NCBI GenBank assembly: GCA_964016885.1 | Contig: OZ024741.1 | Coordinates: 362,390,001 to 362,454,000 of the forward strand | From: Eledone cirrhosa | Lineage: Eukaryota | DNA: 64,000 bases | Reading direction: 5' to 3' | Shown here: positions 52,390 to 64,000 of the stretch, piece by piece | How the letters are laid out: the number at the start of each line of letters is the position of its first letter | Position numbering within the stretch: position 1 is the stretch's first letter | Position numbers and translations under genes: made by a program | The notes under the pieces: generated by a model | The model's input: only the letters and a program-made list of their open reading frames with translations | What the model was told of the DNA's origin: nothing | Database searches by the model: none

Positions 52390-53040
52390 TGGGTGCTTCG
52401 GAGAGTGGTAGGTCCTGGAGTGTGGTGACAACAGTGGAAGGACGTGAGGGAGTGAAAGTGGCGGACGCGGAGGGGTAAAGGAGGTTAGGCAAAACGTGTG
52501 CAGATTCAGTGGTGGGGAGAGGGAGTGGGTGGTGGGTGATGGGATAGTGGGGTTAGAGCTGGAGGTGAAATGAGTATGGGTGGTGACAGAAGGGAGGGGG
52601 GTGAAGTTTGTTGTTTTTGATGGAAGTGAGGAAATTGAAGAGGAGGAGATTGAGGTAAAGGATGAATTGGATAAGGGATTGGGTGAAGAGTGGGTGGCAA
52701 GTGGAGGAGAGATTGAGGTAGGCCTTGGGGAGATCTCGGTCGAGAGAACGGATTTGGGCGAGAGTAGATCGGATAGTCGCCCGCATGAGCTGGTAAGATG
52801 GGAGCGGGTAAGGATGGGCTCAGTGGTGGTGGTGGGAGTAAGAGGTGGAAACCTCGGAGAATGAGGTGGTGGTGGTGGAGACAGCGACTTAAAAATGTGA
52901 TGTGACTGTTGTATTTTGTTTTGATGAAGATGAGGTTAGAGAGATGCATGGATGATTGGATGTATATAGGAGGGAGAGGTTGGAGGAAGCGTTTGAGAGT
53001 GGAATGGAGCTGGTGGAGAAAAGATTTGAGATTGGGCATG
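52390..53040 (-). mobile_element. Penelope-like element N-terminal ORF region, inverted relative to 54015-57360
   Basis: KTKYNSHITFLSRCL..LILRGF, resembling PLE N-termini; hammerhead relic CTGGTGA..CGAAA at ~53560-53610 upstream on the same strand. Confidence 0.6.
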
Positions 53041-53142
53041 TTGAAGGTACTAAGAGAAAAATAGATGGGTGAGAAGAAGAAGGTTGTTTAAGAAGATTAT
53101 AGTAGAGGAAAAGTGATAGAGAGTCGTGGTATATTTAAATAA

Positions 53143-53328
53143 CTGTTTCTACTTTTGGCACAAGGCCAGCAATTACCCAGTACATTACTGGTACTTTATT
53201 TTATCGACCCCGTAAGGATGAAAGGCAAAGTTAACCTCGACGGGATTTGAACTCAGACCGTAAAGGGACGTAACTATGCTAGAAAGCATGGCGTCCAACC
53301 CTTTACTGATACTGCCGATTCACCGCCC
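53143..53328 (-). mobile_element. tRNA-derived SINE, full length
   Basis: Starts GGGCGGTGAATCGGCAG; B-box, body and tail as in the other copies. Confidence 0.88.
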
Positions 53329-54014
53329 TATATTTAAATAATGCAAGCAAAGAAAATGTCAGTGATACGAAAGGATTTCCTGGTGGAAGTTCAGGTAAAC
53401 TCCGGGTGTATATCCAGTTTCAGAGTGAAAATCCAATTCGAAAATCCAACGAATTTGAGAGGTCCACGTAATATATATGTATGTAAAAGGTAAACAGAAA
53501 TAACAACACCATCGGTACAGTATATGGAAGGATTATTTTAGGTTAACGCTTGAAATAGCAGGAAGAGGGTCTTAACCTTTCGGTCGCTAGTCCTTCACCA
53601 GAAGAAAGAAGGAGAAATTAGATAGATTGAAGGGACGGGCGGGGGAGAATTGGAAAAAGATGTCTTTAGATAAAAATACCAGGTCCATTCATGTTGCCAT
53701 CTCTTGGAAAACTGTTGATGCTGGCGTTTTGTGTATGATATATTTTTTTTAGAAAAGTGGATGATGGGGCGCGTCTACCTCAAATGGAAAAAAAAACCGT
53801 TTTGTATAAAGAGCTATAGTTTTGCGCGCGCGCGTGTGTGTAAATATGTGTGTGAATATGTGTGCGTGCGTGTGTGTGTGTGTGTGTTATACGTCCGTAC
53901 GAAGCTAAGAGGATATGTGTACGTATATGTAAGTAAAAGAGTGTGTGGCTGCTTGTAAGTACGAAGCTATGAGCAAAAATATGTTAATATAAGGGTGTAT
54001 GTGTGTGCATGTAT

Positions 54015-54670
54015 ATATCGTTTCCGCGTGCAACTGCCCCAGCGAGATCATCTCCGAATAACTAGATACCATCCTCGCCACGTTGGTCGTCAACCCCCCC
54101 CCCCTCCTACATCCATGATACCACTCATGTCCTTAGACTCTTTAACCCCTTCTCCTTCTCTCCTGACCCCTCTCGCCTTCTCTTCACCCTGGACATCACC
54201 TCTCTCTATTCCGTCATCCCTCGTGATGACGGCCTCCGTGCTCTCTGACACTTTTTAGACTAACGCCCTACCCCTCACCCCAGCACTACCACTCTTCTCC
54301 GTCTGGCTGAGCTTGTTTTGACCCTTAATAGCTTTCCTTTTCTGATGAATTCTATCAGCAGGTCTCTGTGGGTAGCGATGGGAGCCAGAATGGGACTAAA
54401 CTATGCCAACTTGTTTGTTAGCCAAGTCGAAGCCCAGATCTTCTCCCAGTACGCTGGACCTACTTCTGAGCTATACGGTCATTATATCGACGACTGTATC
54501 GGCGTCACCTCTCTATCACGTGAACAGCTCGACTGCTTTCTATCTTTTGTCAAATCTGTTCATCCCGCTTTCACCTTCGCCGCCTCCGTCTCTGATTCTT
54601 CTGTCCCTTTTCTCGATATCTACCAATCACTCTCACCACATCCTCTCTACTTCCATCTTCTATAAACCCC
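54015..54670 (+). mobile_element. Penelope-like RT fragment
   Basis: IVSACNCP, LDITSL, LAELVLTLNSF, VAMGARMGLNYANLF, YIDDCIG. Confidence 0.88.
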
Positions 54671-54689
54671 ATAAAACCACTGTTGCTCT

Positions 54690-55290
54690 GATCTTTAGGG
54701 CAAGTGCCCTATCCCAGTTGTACTCCTCCAATCTACAAGCTTACATTCATAGCGGGCCCATTCACTCGGGCCATGCTCGCTTCTCTCACCCACCTTTAAA
54801 CAAATTGGTTTGAAGGCAGCACTTCTCCCTCTACCCTTATATTCCTCCTCAAGTGGAATTATTCAGGGCTTCTCCAAATAGGAAAGTGCTCGTCTTCAAA
54901 CCTTTCAAGCGTGTCCACTATGCAACCGCTTTCGCCATGGCCACAAGACATAAAAACGGCCTGCTCTTCTTGACTAAAAGAAGGCGGCGAGACAATCTTC
55001 CCAATGGACTCGGTTGATAACCGAATTTGCCCTACACGTAACAGCAGGTGTTCGACATAAACTCACAAGTCAGCAATGCTCGGACACTGGACGATTGCGA
55101 GCAGGACGGTTTCGTTGTCATGCGTGCATCTCGGACAGGCCCGGCTGACGGCACTTCCATGTCTGTAGAGTTTATCTCGAACTGGCAAAACTCCTCAGTA
55201 TCACTGTCATGCCAGGGATTTCTGGAAATTATCCATGGGTCCTGGACCGAAAGTCCTTCGGAAAATAGTGGCTAGTTGATTTTCGTCGAT
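54690..55290 (-). mobile_element. Tx1/L1 ORF2 C-terminal fragment
   Basis: Homologous to 1230-1760 and 58122-58520. Confidence 0.8.
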
Positions 55291-56099
55291 GTCTAGAGTT
55301 TCTCTAACAACGTCTGATCATAGCGAGAACAGGTTAAAAGAGGAAGAGACGAAGGGAAACGGAAGTGAAAAGGGGAAGTGGTAAAAGGGTAGAGAGATGG
55401 GGGAGAAAGGAAAGGAGATAGATGGTTAGAGAGAAAGAGAATGAGTGGGAGAGAGAAAGGAAGACAGAAAAGAGTTAATTCAAATTGGCTGAACTTAAGT
55501 TCAAAACTCACTCAACAACAAGTGTCGCTTCCTCTTTGCGCATGTTCTCACTATGATCAGACGTTTTTTTCTTCGCTCTCCCTCGTGCTGTTAGTACGGG
55601 TTCAGGACTTACGTTCGGTCTCCGTATTAACTTCTCCCTCTCTTCCCCTGGTTACTGCAACTTACATGTACTACTGTCTCGTGTTTCCCCTTCTCTATCG
55701 GTATGTCTTTCTTTTTTGTCGTTCTCTTCGCTATCGTCTGCGTTTTTTCGTTGTTTTTCCCACGGATAACTATTGCTTTTAGTTATCGACGCACTGTGGT
55801 GGGATGTACTGTCTTTAATGCGTTCGAAACATCAGTGGTCCACAGAAGTGATCAACTTATCAAAACAGAATAACGACTTGAATTGAACGTGGGGACATAT
55901 AAAGAGACAGGGCGTTTCATTGGAAGAAGCAGAAGGTATAGTAAGTAAAATAGGGATGTGCATGCAGAGACAAATGGAATTAGTAGTTATTAATTTGATA
56001 CAGTGGCAATCCTACTTTTCCTGGCTAACTTTTGCTCGTCACCTTCGTACTCCCTATTTATTCATCACGCAAAGATTCGACTACTGATAGATTTTTGCC

Positions 56100-56192
<93 letters not shown>

Positions 56193-56202
56193 CCTCCCTC
56201 TC

Positions 56203-56252
<50 letters not shown>

Positions 56253-56659
56253 TTTCTATCTATCTATCTATCTCCATCTCTCTATCCCTCTGTGTTCACT
56301 AAGCCTTGCACTTTTTAAAGGGATTTATCCCAACAATATAGAAGTGATCGCTTCACGTACACAGAGACAGATAGAACAATTTTACAATTGGACATTATCA
56401 GTTATATCTTTTGTGAAGTAATGTAAAGCTATTTCTTAAACTAGAATGTTTGTACCTGCAGTGTTTATCTTTTCTTTGAATGCACCACAACAGATAAGTT
56501 ACATTTCACATCTACACATCTTCAATATATGAAAGTTCTATTTTCCAACCACGGACTAATTAAGCAAACGTGCGTATCTGTTAGGACAGAGCTGACCTAG
56601 ATCTATGAATCAACAACAAAAGTGACCGTTGGTGTAAAGTGATATGAATGATATATGCA

Positions 56660-57360
56660 ACGTAGCCAGGACGACGATTTCGAAACCCATGCTCTTCACA
56701 CGGCTTCTCGCTTCAACCGACCGTAACACAGCCCTCTCACCTCACCAGCGCCCTCCCAACACCCGCCTTCCTTCTCCTTTCACCTACCACCCCATCTCCC
56801 TACCACTCCGGTGACATATCCTCCGTTCCTTCCGCACCCTCTCTTCTGACCCCGTCACTTCTCATTTTTTTCCTAACCCATCTATTACCACATTTAAGCG
56901 CCCCCGTAACCTCCACAACCTCCTGATACGTTTCCCTCTCGTCCTCTCTTATGACTCCACCCGGCTCTCATCCTTGTTCTCGTCCCCGCTGCAACACTTA
57001 TCCTTTCATTTCCACCCTCACCACTCTCAAAGGCCCTAGCGGGTCATTCCGTATCCGCCACTCCTTCACCTGCACCTCCACCCACGTTGTCTACGCCCTC
57101 CGGTGTTCCCTTTGCGAGTCCTTATACATTGGACAAACAGGACGCCGTTTGGCGGGTCGTTTTGCTGAGCATTTGAGGGACATACGACTTGGTTTGGACA
57201 CTCATGTCGCCCGTCATTTCCGTTCTCCTGGTCACTCTTCCCTACATGTCTCAGTCCTGGGTGACCTTTTACAACACTGATCACAAGCCTCGCGCACTGA
57301 ACAGAGTCTGATTTACCGCCTTGGGTCCCGTTTCCCTCATGGACTCAACTCACCTCCCCA
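56660..57360 (+). mobile_element. Penelope-like linker and GIY-YIG endonuclease (continuation of 54015-54670)
   Basis: FTCTSTHVVYALRCSLCESLYIGQTGRRLAGRFAEH..VARHF. Confidence 0.9.
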
Positions 57361-57574
57361 ATTTCTTTAATACCCCCTCCGTTATCACACACACGCTTGT
57401 ACATTCACCCCTAGATTCATATGGATCTCTTATGGTCAGAAACATACTCTTACAGCTAATACAGACCAACAAAATACACACATTCCACTTTTCCCTACAC
57501 AGTTCTGTATACGCAGCTCTGTATACACACACACCCTTATATTAACATACTTTTGCTCATCCTTCTTACTTACA

Positions 57575-57660
<86 letters not shown>

Positions 57661-58121
57661 TGCATACGCAACACACACAAGTATAGTTCTTTATACAAAA
57701 CGGTTTTTTCCATTTCAGGTAACCGTGATACAGCTGAGATGTGCCATTCAAGTAATGGCGGGATGTTTGCTCTTTTGTTTTTTATTTTGTAATTTTTTCA
57801 TTTTTTTTTGTATAGTTTTGTTTTCGTTTTTGCTTTTGAAAAAATCAATAAATTACGTTGGTCAATGTAAAAGTAAATACATGTGACATAAAGTAAATAT
57901 TAAAAGACATAACGACACCTGTGAGAACATGTACTGAATTTCTGAAATATTCTATGTTCATTGAGCCTGTGTGAACATATATTTCTGCGTGTATATATAT
58001 AAATAAATATATATGTGTGTGTGTGTCTGCATGTATATTGCGTCAGAAAGAGAAAGAGAGAGAGAATGATGTGTGTGTGTGTATGTGTGTCAATATGTGT
58101 GTGTGTGTGTGTATTATTATT

Positions 58122-61100
58122 GCCTCTCTCACCCACCTTTCAACAAACTTGTTGGAAGGCAGCACTTCCCTTTCGACCCTAATTTTCCTTTTCAGGTGAA
58201 ACCTGAAAAAGTTAATGAGGTCGTCACAGAAGAGGTAAGTGCCGTATTCAAACCTTTCAAATGCGTTCACCATACGACTTCTTTTACCATGGCCACCAGG
58301 CAGATAAAAACTGCCGGCCCCTCCTGGTTAAAGGAGTGCGGCGGAGCAATCTTCACGATGGACTCAGCTGATAGCCGAATCCGACCTACACGCGACAGCA
58401 GATGCTCGACATAAACCCACCAAGTCAGCGATTCTCGGGCACTGAACGAGTGCGTGCAGGACGCCCTCGTCCCCTGACGCGAATCTCGGACATGCCCGGC
58501 TGACGGCACTTCCACGCCTGTAAAGTTATATATATATGCTTATGTGTGTGTATGTGTGTGTATGAGTGTGAATGTGTGGTTATCTGTATATGTGGCTGTG
58601 TGTATCTTTTTACCAAAGCATAAGTACATAGATTCACTCACCCACGTACATATACATATGTCTGTGTGTGTTTTGTATGTGTGGTGGTTTATGTGTGTAT
58701 ATATATATATGTGTATCTCTATGTGTGCATATGTATTTGTGTATTTATGTGTATATATATATGTGTATATCTATGTGTGTGTATCTGTGTGTGTGTGCAT
58801 ATGTGTGTGTGTATGCGTGCATAAATATGTGTGTGTATCTGGTTGCTTATGTGTATGTGTGTATGTGTGTCTGTGTGCATGTATATATGTGTGTGTGTGT
58901 GCGCGCGAAGTGGGACCGAGGTTTGCAATGCGTGAGCTGGGACGCGATGTACCCGTTGGCCACCCCCACTCTGTTTTTCAGGGATAGCTTCCTCTCTGCC
59001 CATTCTGGGTGAGAGGGGCCACCCTGCTTGCATCTCATCCCAGTTTATGTCCGTCTGGATCCGGACCGAACCAAACTCCTATCACTTTAACCGACCCCTC
59101 TGTACAGCGCCTGATGACGCTATTGGATGGCATGGACCTGGTTCTCCTGGCGCCGAGCCGCAGGTCCACCGACGTTTCCTGGTTGATCATTGCTCCTGTC
59201 ACCGCCTCGTATTCTCTTAGTGTAGTGCCGATCGCCTGGATGTGTTTGGCACTCGACACCAGTACGGTGACGTCGTCGCCATATGCTAACACGGTTCTCC
59301 CGCATCCCAGTTCACGTGGGACGCTCCTTAACGTCTCCAGTTTGTGCAGTAATGGCTCGAGAGTCAATACGCTCAACATGGACGAGAGGGAGCATCCTTG
59401 ACGGAGCGAGCGCTTGATGTTGAACGGTTCCGTTCAATCTCACCACAGAGCAGATGTCGCTGTGCATGTCAGCGATCCAGCCTCTGAAGACGGGTCCAAA
59501 GCCGGCCGCTCTCAGGGCCGCCGCCAGATAACCATGGTCAACCCTATCGAAAGCTTTTGACTGATCTAAATTGATAAAGGCTCCAGCTATGCCAGGTTCC
59601 CTAGCTACCCTCTCCACGATGTATCGCGTGAGGTGGAGGTTGTCGTGGTTGGATCTGTCTGGAATGGCACATGTCTGCGCCTCTCCCACCAGACCACCGA
59701 TGACAAGCGCCAACCTCTTTGCTAGCACCTTGTCCAAAATCTTGAACTCATTTAGCAGAGTTATGGGCCTGAAATTATCTATGTTGTACCCCTTGTTCGC
59801 GTTATTTCTCAGCAGCGCCATCGCTCCTCGGCCCACAGAGCTGTAAATTCTTCCGTTCTGCTGCCAGTTGCAGTAGACGTCCGCCAAGAGGTCGCCGAAC
59901 AAGTCTGGCATGTGTACGTAAAGTTCGTAGGGCAGACTATCCGAACTAGGTGATTTACCCATTAAGCAGTCAGTCATTGTCTCCCGTACTTCAGCGGTTG
60001 TTACCGGCTTTTCGCAACATTCCGCCTCAGTGGCCGAGAGCCGCGGCAGACCGTCGAGGTAGGCACTAAAGTCCATCCCGTGATCCGGCCCGCCGGTGCC
60101 CCCGAACAGCTGAGCAAAGTGTCGCTGAAAAACCGCTCACATTTACCCGGGATGTGCCCGTCGTGGTCCTCCAAAGACCGGATCGTGGCTTTGTTGCCAT
60201 GACGCACCTCCACCACTCGCGCCTATCGAACGGCTTTCGTCCTCTCGTTTCTGAGAGCAGGCACCCTAGCTCTAACAACGCAGCCTTCGTGCTTTGCATT
60301 GAAGAATTGGTCGAGATCCAATCTCGCCGCTACCACGCCGGTCGCGATGCCTTTACTAAGCGCCTCGTCTAATTTTCTAACTAGTTCTCCCTATGCTCTA
60401 TTTTTCTCTATTGCTAATGTCTTACTAAACTTAATGGACTCTATTCTAAATCCATTTATTGTTGACGACTGCCCCCGTCAACGCCCGCTTAACCTGTTCG
60501 CTAATCCGGTCTCTGTAGGTTCTGCGCGTTGTCAGCGACGCGTTCAGCTTCCAGTAGCCGGGTCCCTGTCTATGAAGCCTATCTAAGTCGACCACACAGA
60601 TCATGAATTTGTGGTCTATGTAGTCGACTATCTTGAATTGTGCACAGCCTATGCTAGACCTATCTATTTCCTTACAAAATACCCTATTTAGATACGATCT
60701 GGATTACCCGATGCGGTTTGTCCATGTCCACATTGGCACATTCGGGAAATCCAGACGGTACCTGTCAGACAGTTGGAAACGTCTGAGAAGGTTTGCGAGG
60801 CTTTTACACTCTCCTCCACTATCCACTAATCCCACACAATCCCAGCAGGCATCCAAGATCACTGCCAGCACCACCAACTTACCTTCTGGGTCCAAGAAGA
60901 TGGCCCGTATCTCGAGATCCAGACTTCTCCGGAACAACACAGCCACGCCTCCCCCAGATCCGGGACGGCTTGGAGATCTGTACACCTCGTAGCCACCGAA
61001 AATGGGTGCGAATGCCCATGCCTCGGAGATTCTGGTCTCGCCGATGGCCACCACATCTATGTTTAGCGACTGATATCGTTGAACAGGTGGCCCTGCTTTC

Positions 61101-62700
61101 AAGATGACCCAAGGCCACGTGCATTTATACTGCCTGACCAGAAAGAAGCCATGTTGGATAAGATAGAAGGAAAACAAATGAGAGGGGGAAAGTAAAAACA
61201 ATTTTACCTTTGCCTTTTTTAGGAAGCGGGTGGGTGATCCATCCCTCCGTCCAGTGGTGGATTTCTCCACGAGAATGTCAGAGTATATTCTTTTAGTGAG
61301 GTTCCCTCGAAAGTCTCCAATTGCCGCGGGGAACTTTTTCTTCAATATTGTGTAATTCTTTTGAGAGATTCCAATTATTTTTATGTGTGTGGGAGGTGCT
61401 ATTTTGGTGGTTTCTATGTAATTTATTTCTGTGATGTTGGTGTGGTGTTGAATGTAATTTAAAAGCTTTTTGTCGTCTGTGTCAACAGCAGTGTATTGTG
61501 TGTGCTTTTGGGGTGTTGGTGCATTCTGTGTTTGCTGTGGTGTTGCTGGAGGTGATGATGGGGTAGATGATAATGATGGCAGTGGTGGTAATGGTGATGG
61601 TGTAGGTGGTTGTGGGGGTGTGGCTGTTGATGGTGGTGGGGATGGGTCAATGACTTTTGAATTTTTTTTTTCCTCCTTTTTTGTAGGGTGAAGGTAGGGA
61701 GCGCTTTCTTTCTTTTCTTTTTTTTGCTGCGATGGTTTTCCACCCTTTAGTGTCATCACACCCTCTATCTGATTTAGCGGTATCGGGAAGGGGCATGCTC
61801 TCCATTGATCTTGTTGGCTCTGTTGGTGGTGGAGATGGTGTTTTTGTCGTTGGTGTCGCTGGTGCTGGTAGTTTTTCCGCCACTGCAGCCTCTGGTGATT
61901 TGGCCACTTCAGTCGCAGGGCACGGAATACGGGGAAGTGGGAGCGCCTGCCCGCCTTGGTGAGTTTGGGACAGAAGGCCTTAAGGTGTGTTTTGTCTCCG
62001 CACCCGTGACACCTTGGGCGCCTACCTTCGACAGTCACGAGTAGATGGTTGCCGTCGTCCAGGTTAATCACGTCGGAGATGGCCTCCATGCTCTCATGGT
62101 TTGATTGGATGATTAGCCCCATCCCCGAGCCTGACTCGTTTTCCTGTCTTATACTTATAACGTCTAGGATTGTTGTTGACTCTTCGACGTCAGCGAGGAC
62201 GGCAGCCATCAGCCAAGTGATCTCCACTGAGGTGGAACCTCGCAACTCTCTGACCCCAGTATGTGGGAACCATCACTATTTCGTCACTGCAGAGTGGCGT
62301 AATCGGGTGTGCTCTGGCTTCTTCGGGTGTAGCGAAGAGAACATCCATAGTGCCATATTTTGATTCTTGGGCTATGTAGGTTTTCTGTGCCGTCTGGACA
62401 CAGAAAAACCTACTCGGTGCGATTTGAGTTCAAGTGTACGATAAGAGACTATACACAGAAGTCGGTTTTTCCTGACGTCAGGTGGGTGAGGCTGACCCTG
62501 TGTCCGGTTTTCTTGACCAACACCTTGACCTGCCTCAACTCCATGTCAACATTTTTGGCAGCCTTCGCGAATGATGTAGCTTGAGAGGTTCCTGCCTGTT
62601 GTGTTGCTGCCTCGACGTTTGAGTCGCTGTCGCACGACATCAAATTCAAAGTTGGGGTGTGTGGCTCCGCCATGTTATTTCCTCGATACATTTTTTTTTA
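58122..62700 (-). mobile_element. Near full-length decayed Tx1/L1 LINE, interrupted by a microsatellite block at 58520-58910
   Basis: ORF1 with CHGCGDKTHLKAFC; ORF2 ATG at 61152; VVAIGETR; NFRPITLLN; LDQSKAFDRVDH; AYGDD. Confidence 0.92.
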
Positions 62701-62819
62701 ACACCCAAAGTTTAAATATTTGGGCCCAAAAGCCCAAATGTTATGGGGAGTTATTTCTTGGGGTAAAAGACTAAAGTCTTATGCCCCTTTGAAACAAAAA
62801 TATTAATAACACTATTCTA

Positions 62820-64000
62820 ATTGCCCTTTGCAGGGTAAACCACCACCTGTTGACGATCGCACCCGTCAATGCATGCTTAACTAATTCGCTAATTCGGTTT
62901 CTGTAAGCTTTGCGCACCGGGAACGACGCGTTTAGCTACCAGTAACAGGGCCCTTGCCAATGGAGTCTATCTAAGTCGACTTCACAGATCACAAATATGT
63001 GGTCCGTGTAGTCGACTACTTTAAATTGTGGACAACTTACACTAGCCTTATCTGTTTCCCTACAGAATACCCTGTTTAAATACGATCTGGATGACCCGAT
63101 GTGGTTTGCCCATGTACACATTGGCACATTCGGATAATCTAGTCGATTCTTGTCAGACAGTTCAAAACGTCTGAGCAGGTTGGTGAGGCTCTTACAATCT
63201 CCTCCCCTATCTACTAGCCCCGCATAATCCAGCGTGCATCTAAGATACCGTTCAAGTCGCCCACTAACACGAAATGTCTTTAGACGTCTGAAGAAATCTG
63301 GCCGTCCTACCCCTGTTGGGATTAGACGGCTAGTAGCCTGAAATCATTGCCTTCGTTGCCGGTCACGTCCAGCACCACCGACTTACTTTCTGGGTTCAGG
63401 AAGATGGCCAGTATGGCGAGATCTAAGCCTCTCCAAAAAAGCACAGCAACTCCACCCCCCGCTCCCGGACGGTTGGGAGATGTGTATACATCGTAGCCGC
63501 CAAAGATCGGTACGAAGGCTTGTGTTTAGGAAATTCTAGTCTCGCTGGTGGCCACCATATCTATGTTTAGTTACCTGTGGTCGTTAAGCATGCGGTCCTG
63601 CTTCCAAGATGACCCCTGGCCACGTACATTTACACTGCCTATTCCAAGTAAGGCTATGTTGGGTGAGGAATGGAGTATGTGAGAAAGGATCACTTACCTT
63701 GATCGTGTGGGGAAGGGACAGTTGAACTGTCCTTTCGGCTAGTCATTGGCGTCTCCAAGATAATGTCCGTGTATATTCTCTTGGTAAGCGACCCTCTGAA
63801 GCTCCCAACTGCGTTGGGAATTTTTTGTTTTAACTGCTTATTATGTTCCAGTTTGATCTCGACAATGTTTATATTTGTTGGTAATGTTCTTGGTGTTGGT
63901 GGGGTGTAGTAATTTTTGTCTGTAATGTCTGTGTGCTGCTTTATATGTTCCATAAATTCTTTATTTGTAATATTTGTGGCTGTGTAATTTTCTTTTTTTG
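62820..64000 (-). mobile_element. Further Tx1/L1 copy (ORF1 end and endonuclease) running off the window
   Basis: Homologous to 60450-61500; ORF1 ends ..HDQGK*. Confidence 0.85.

Noticed and set aside
53225-53328. tRNA gene
   Set aside because: The A/B boxes belong to a SINE head; no cloverleaf forms.
60704-62245. 513-aa ORF as a real ORF1-endonuclease fusion protein
   Set aside because: It wanders between ORF1 and ORF2 frames through indels in a decayed copy.

Overview
A 64-kb, repeat-saturated animal genomic window, most likely a coleoid cephalopod (octopus-like), judged from many copies of a tRNA-derived SINE resembling the octopus SINE families and from dense microsatellites. Nearly everything recognisable is mobile DNA: Tx1/L1-clade LINEs (two near full-length), an R4/Dong-like RLE element, CR1/L2 and RTE fragments, Penelope-like elements (Naiad-like and Poseidon/Neptune-like), Gypsy-type LTR remnants plus one complete decayed LTR element with a TSD, non-autonomous Helitrons, hAT MITEs and SINEs. 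The only host gene I can support is exon 1 of a CYP2-clan cytochrome P450, which looks frameshifted and orphaned. Four observations stand out. (1) The complete LTR element has a primer-binding site complementary to the 5' end, not the 3' end, of tRNA-Phe. (2) At least four type I hammerhead ribozymes with intact cores, plus relics, sit in Penelope-type terminal repeats, along with fold-back palindromes, one of which pivots on ribozyme stem II. (3) A ~600-bp RTE-derived element starts with an HDV-like ribozyme candidate. (4) A splice-donor motif is conserved at the ORF1 end of three Tx1 copies. All calls are by eye; boundaries of decayed elements are approximate.
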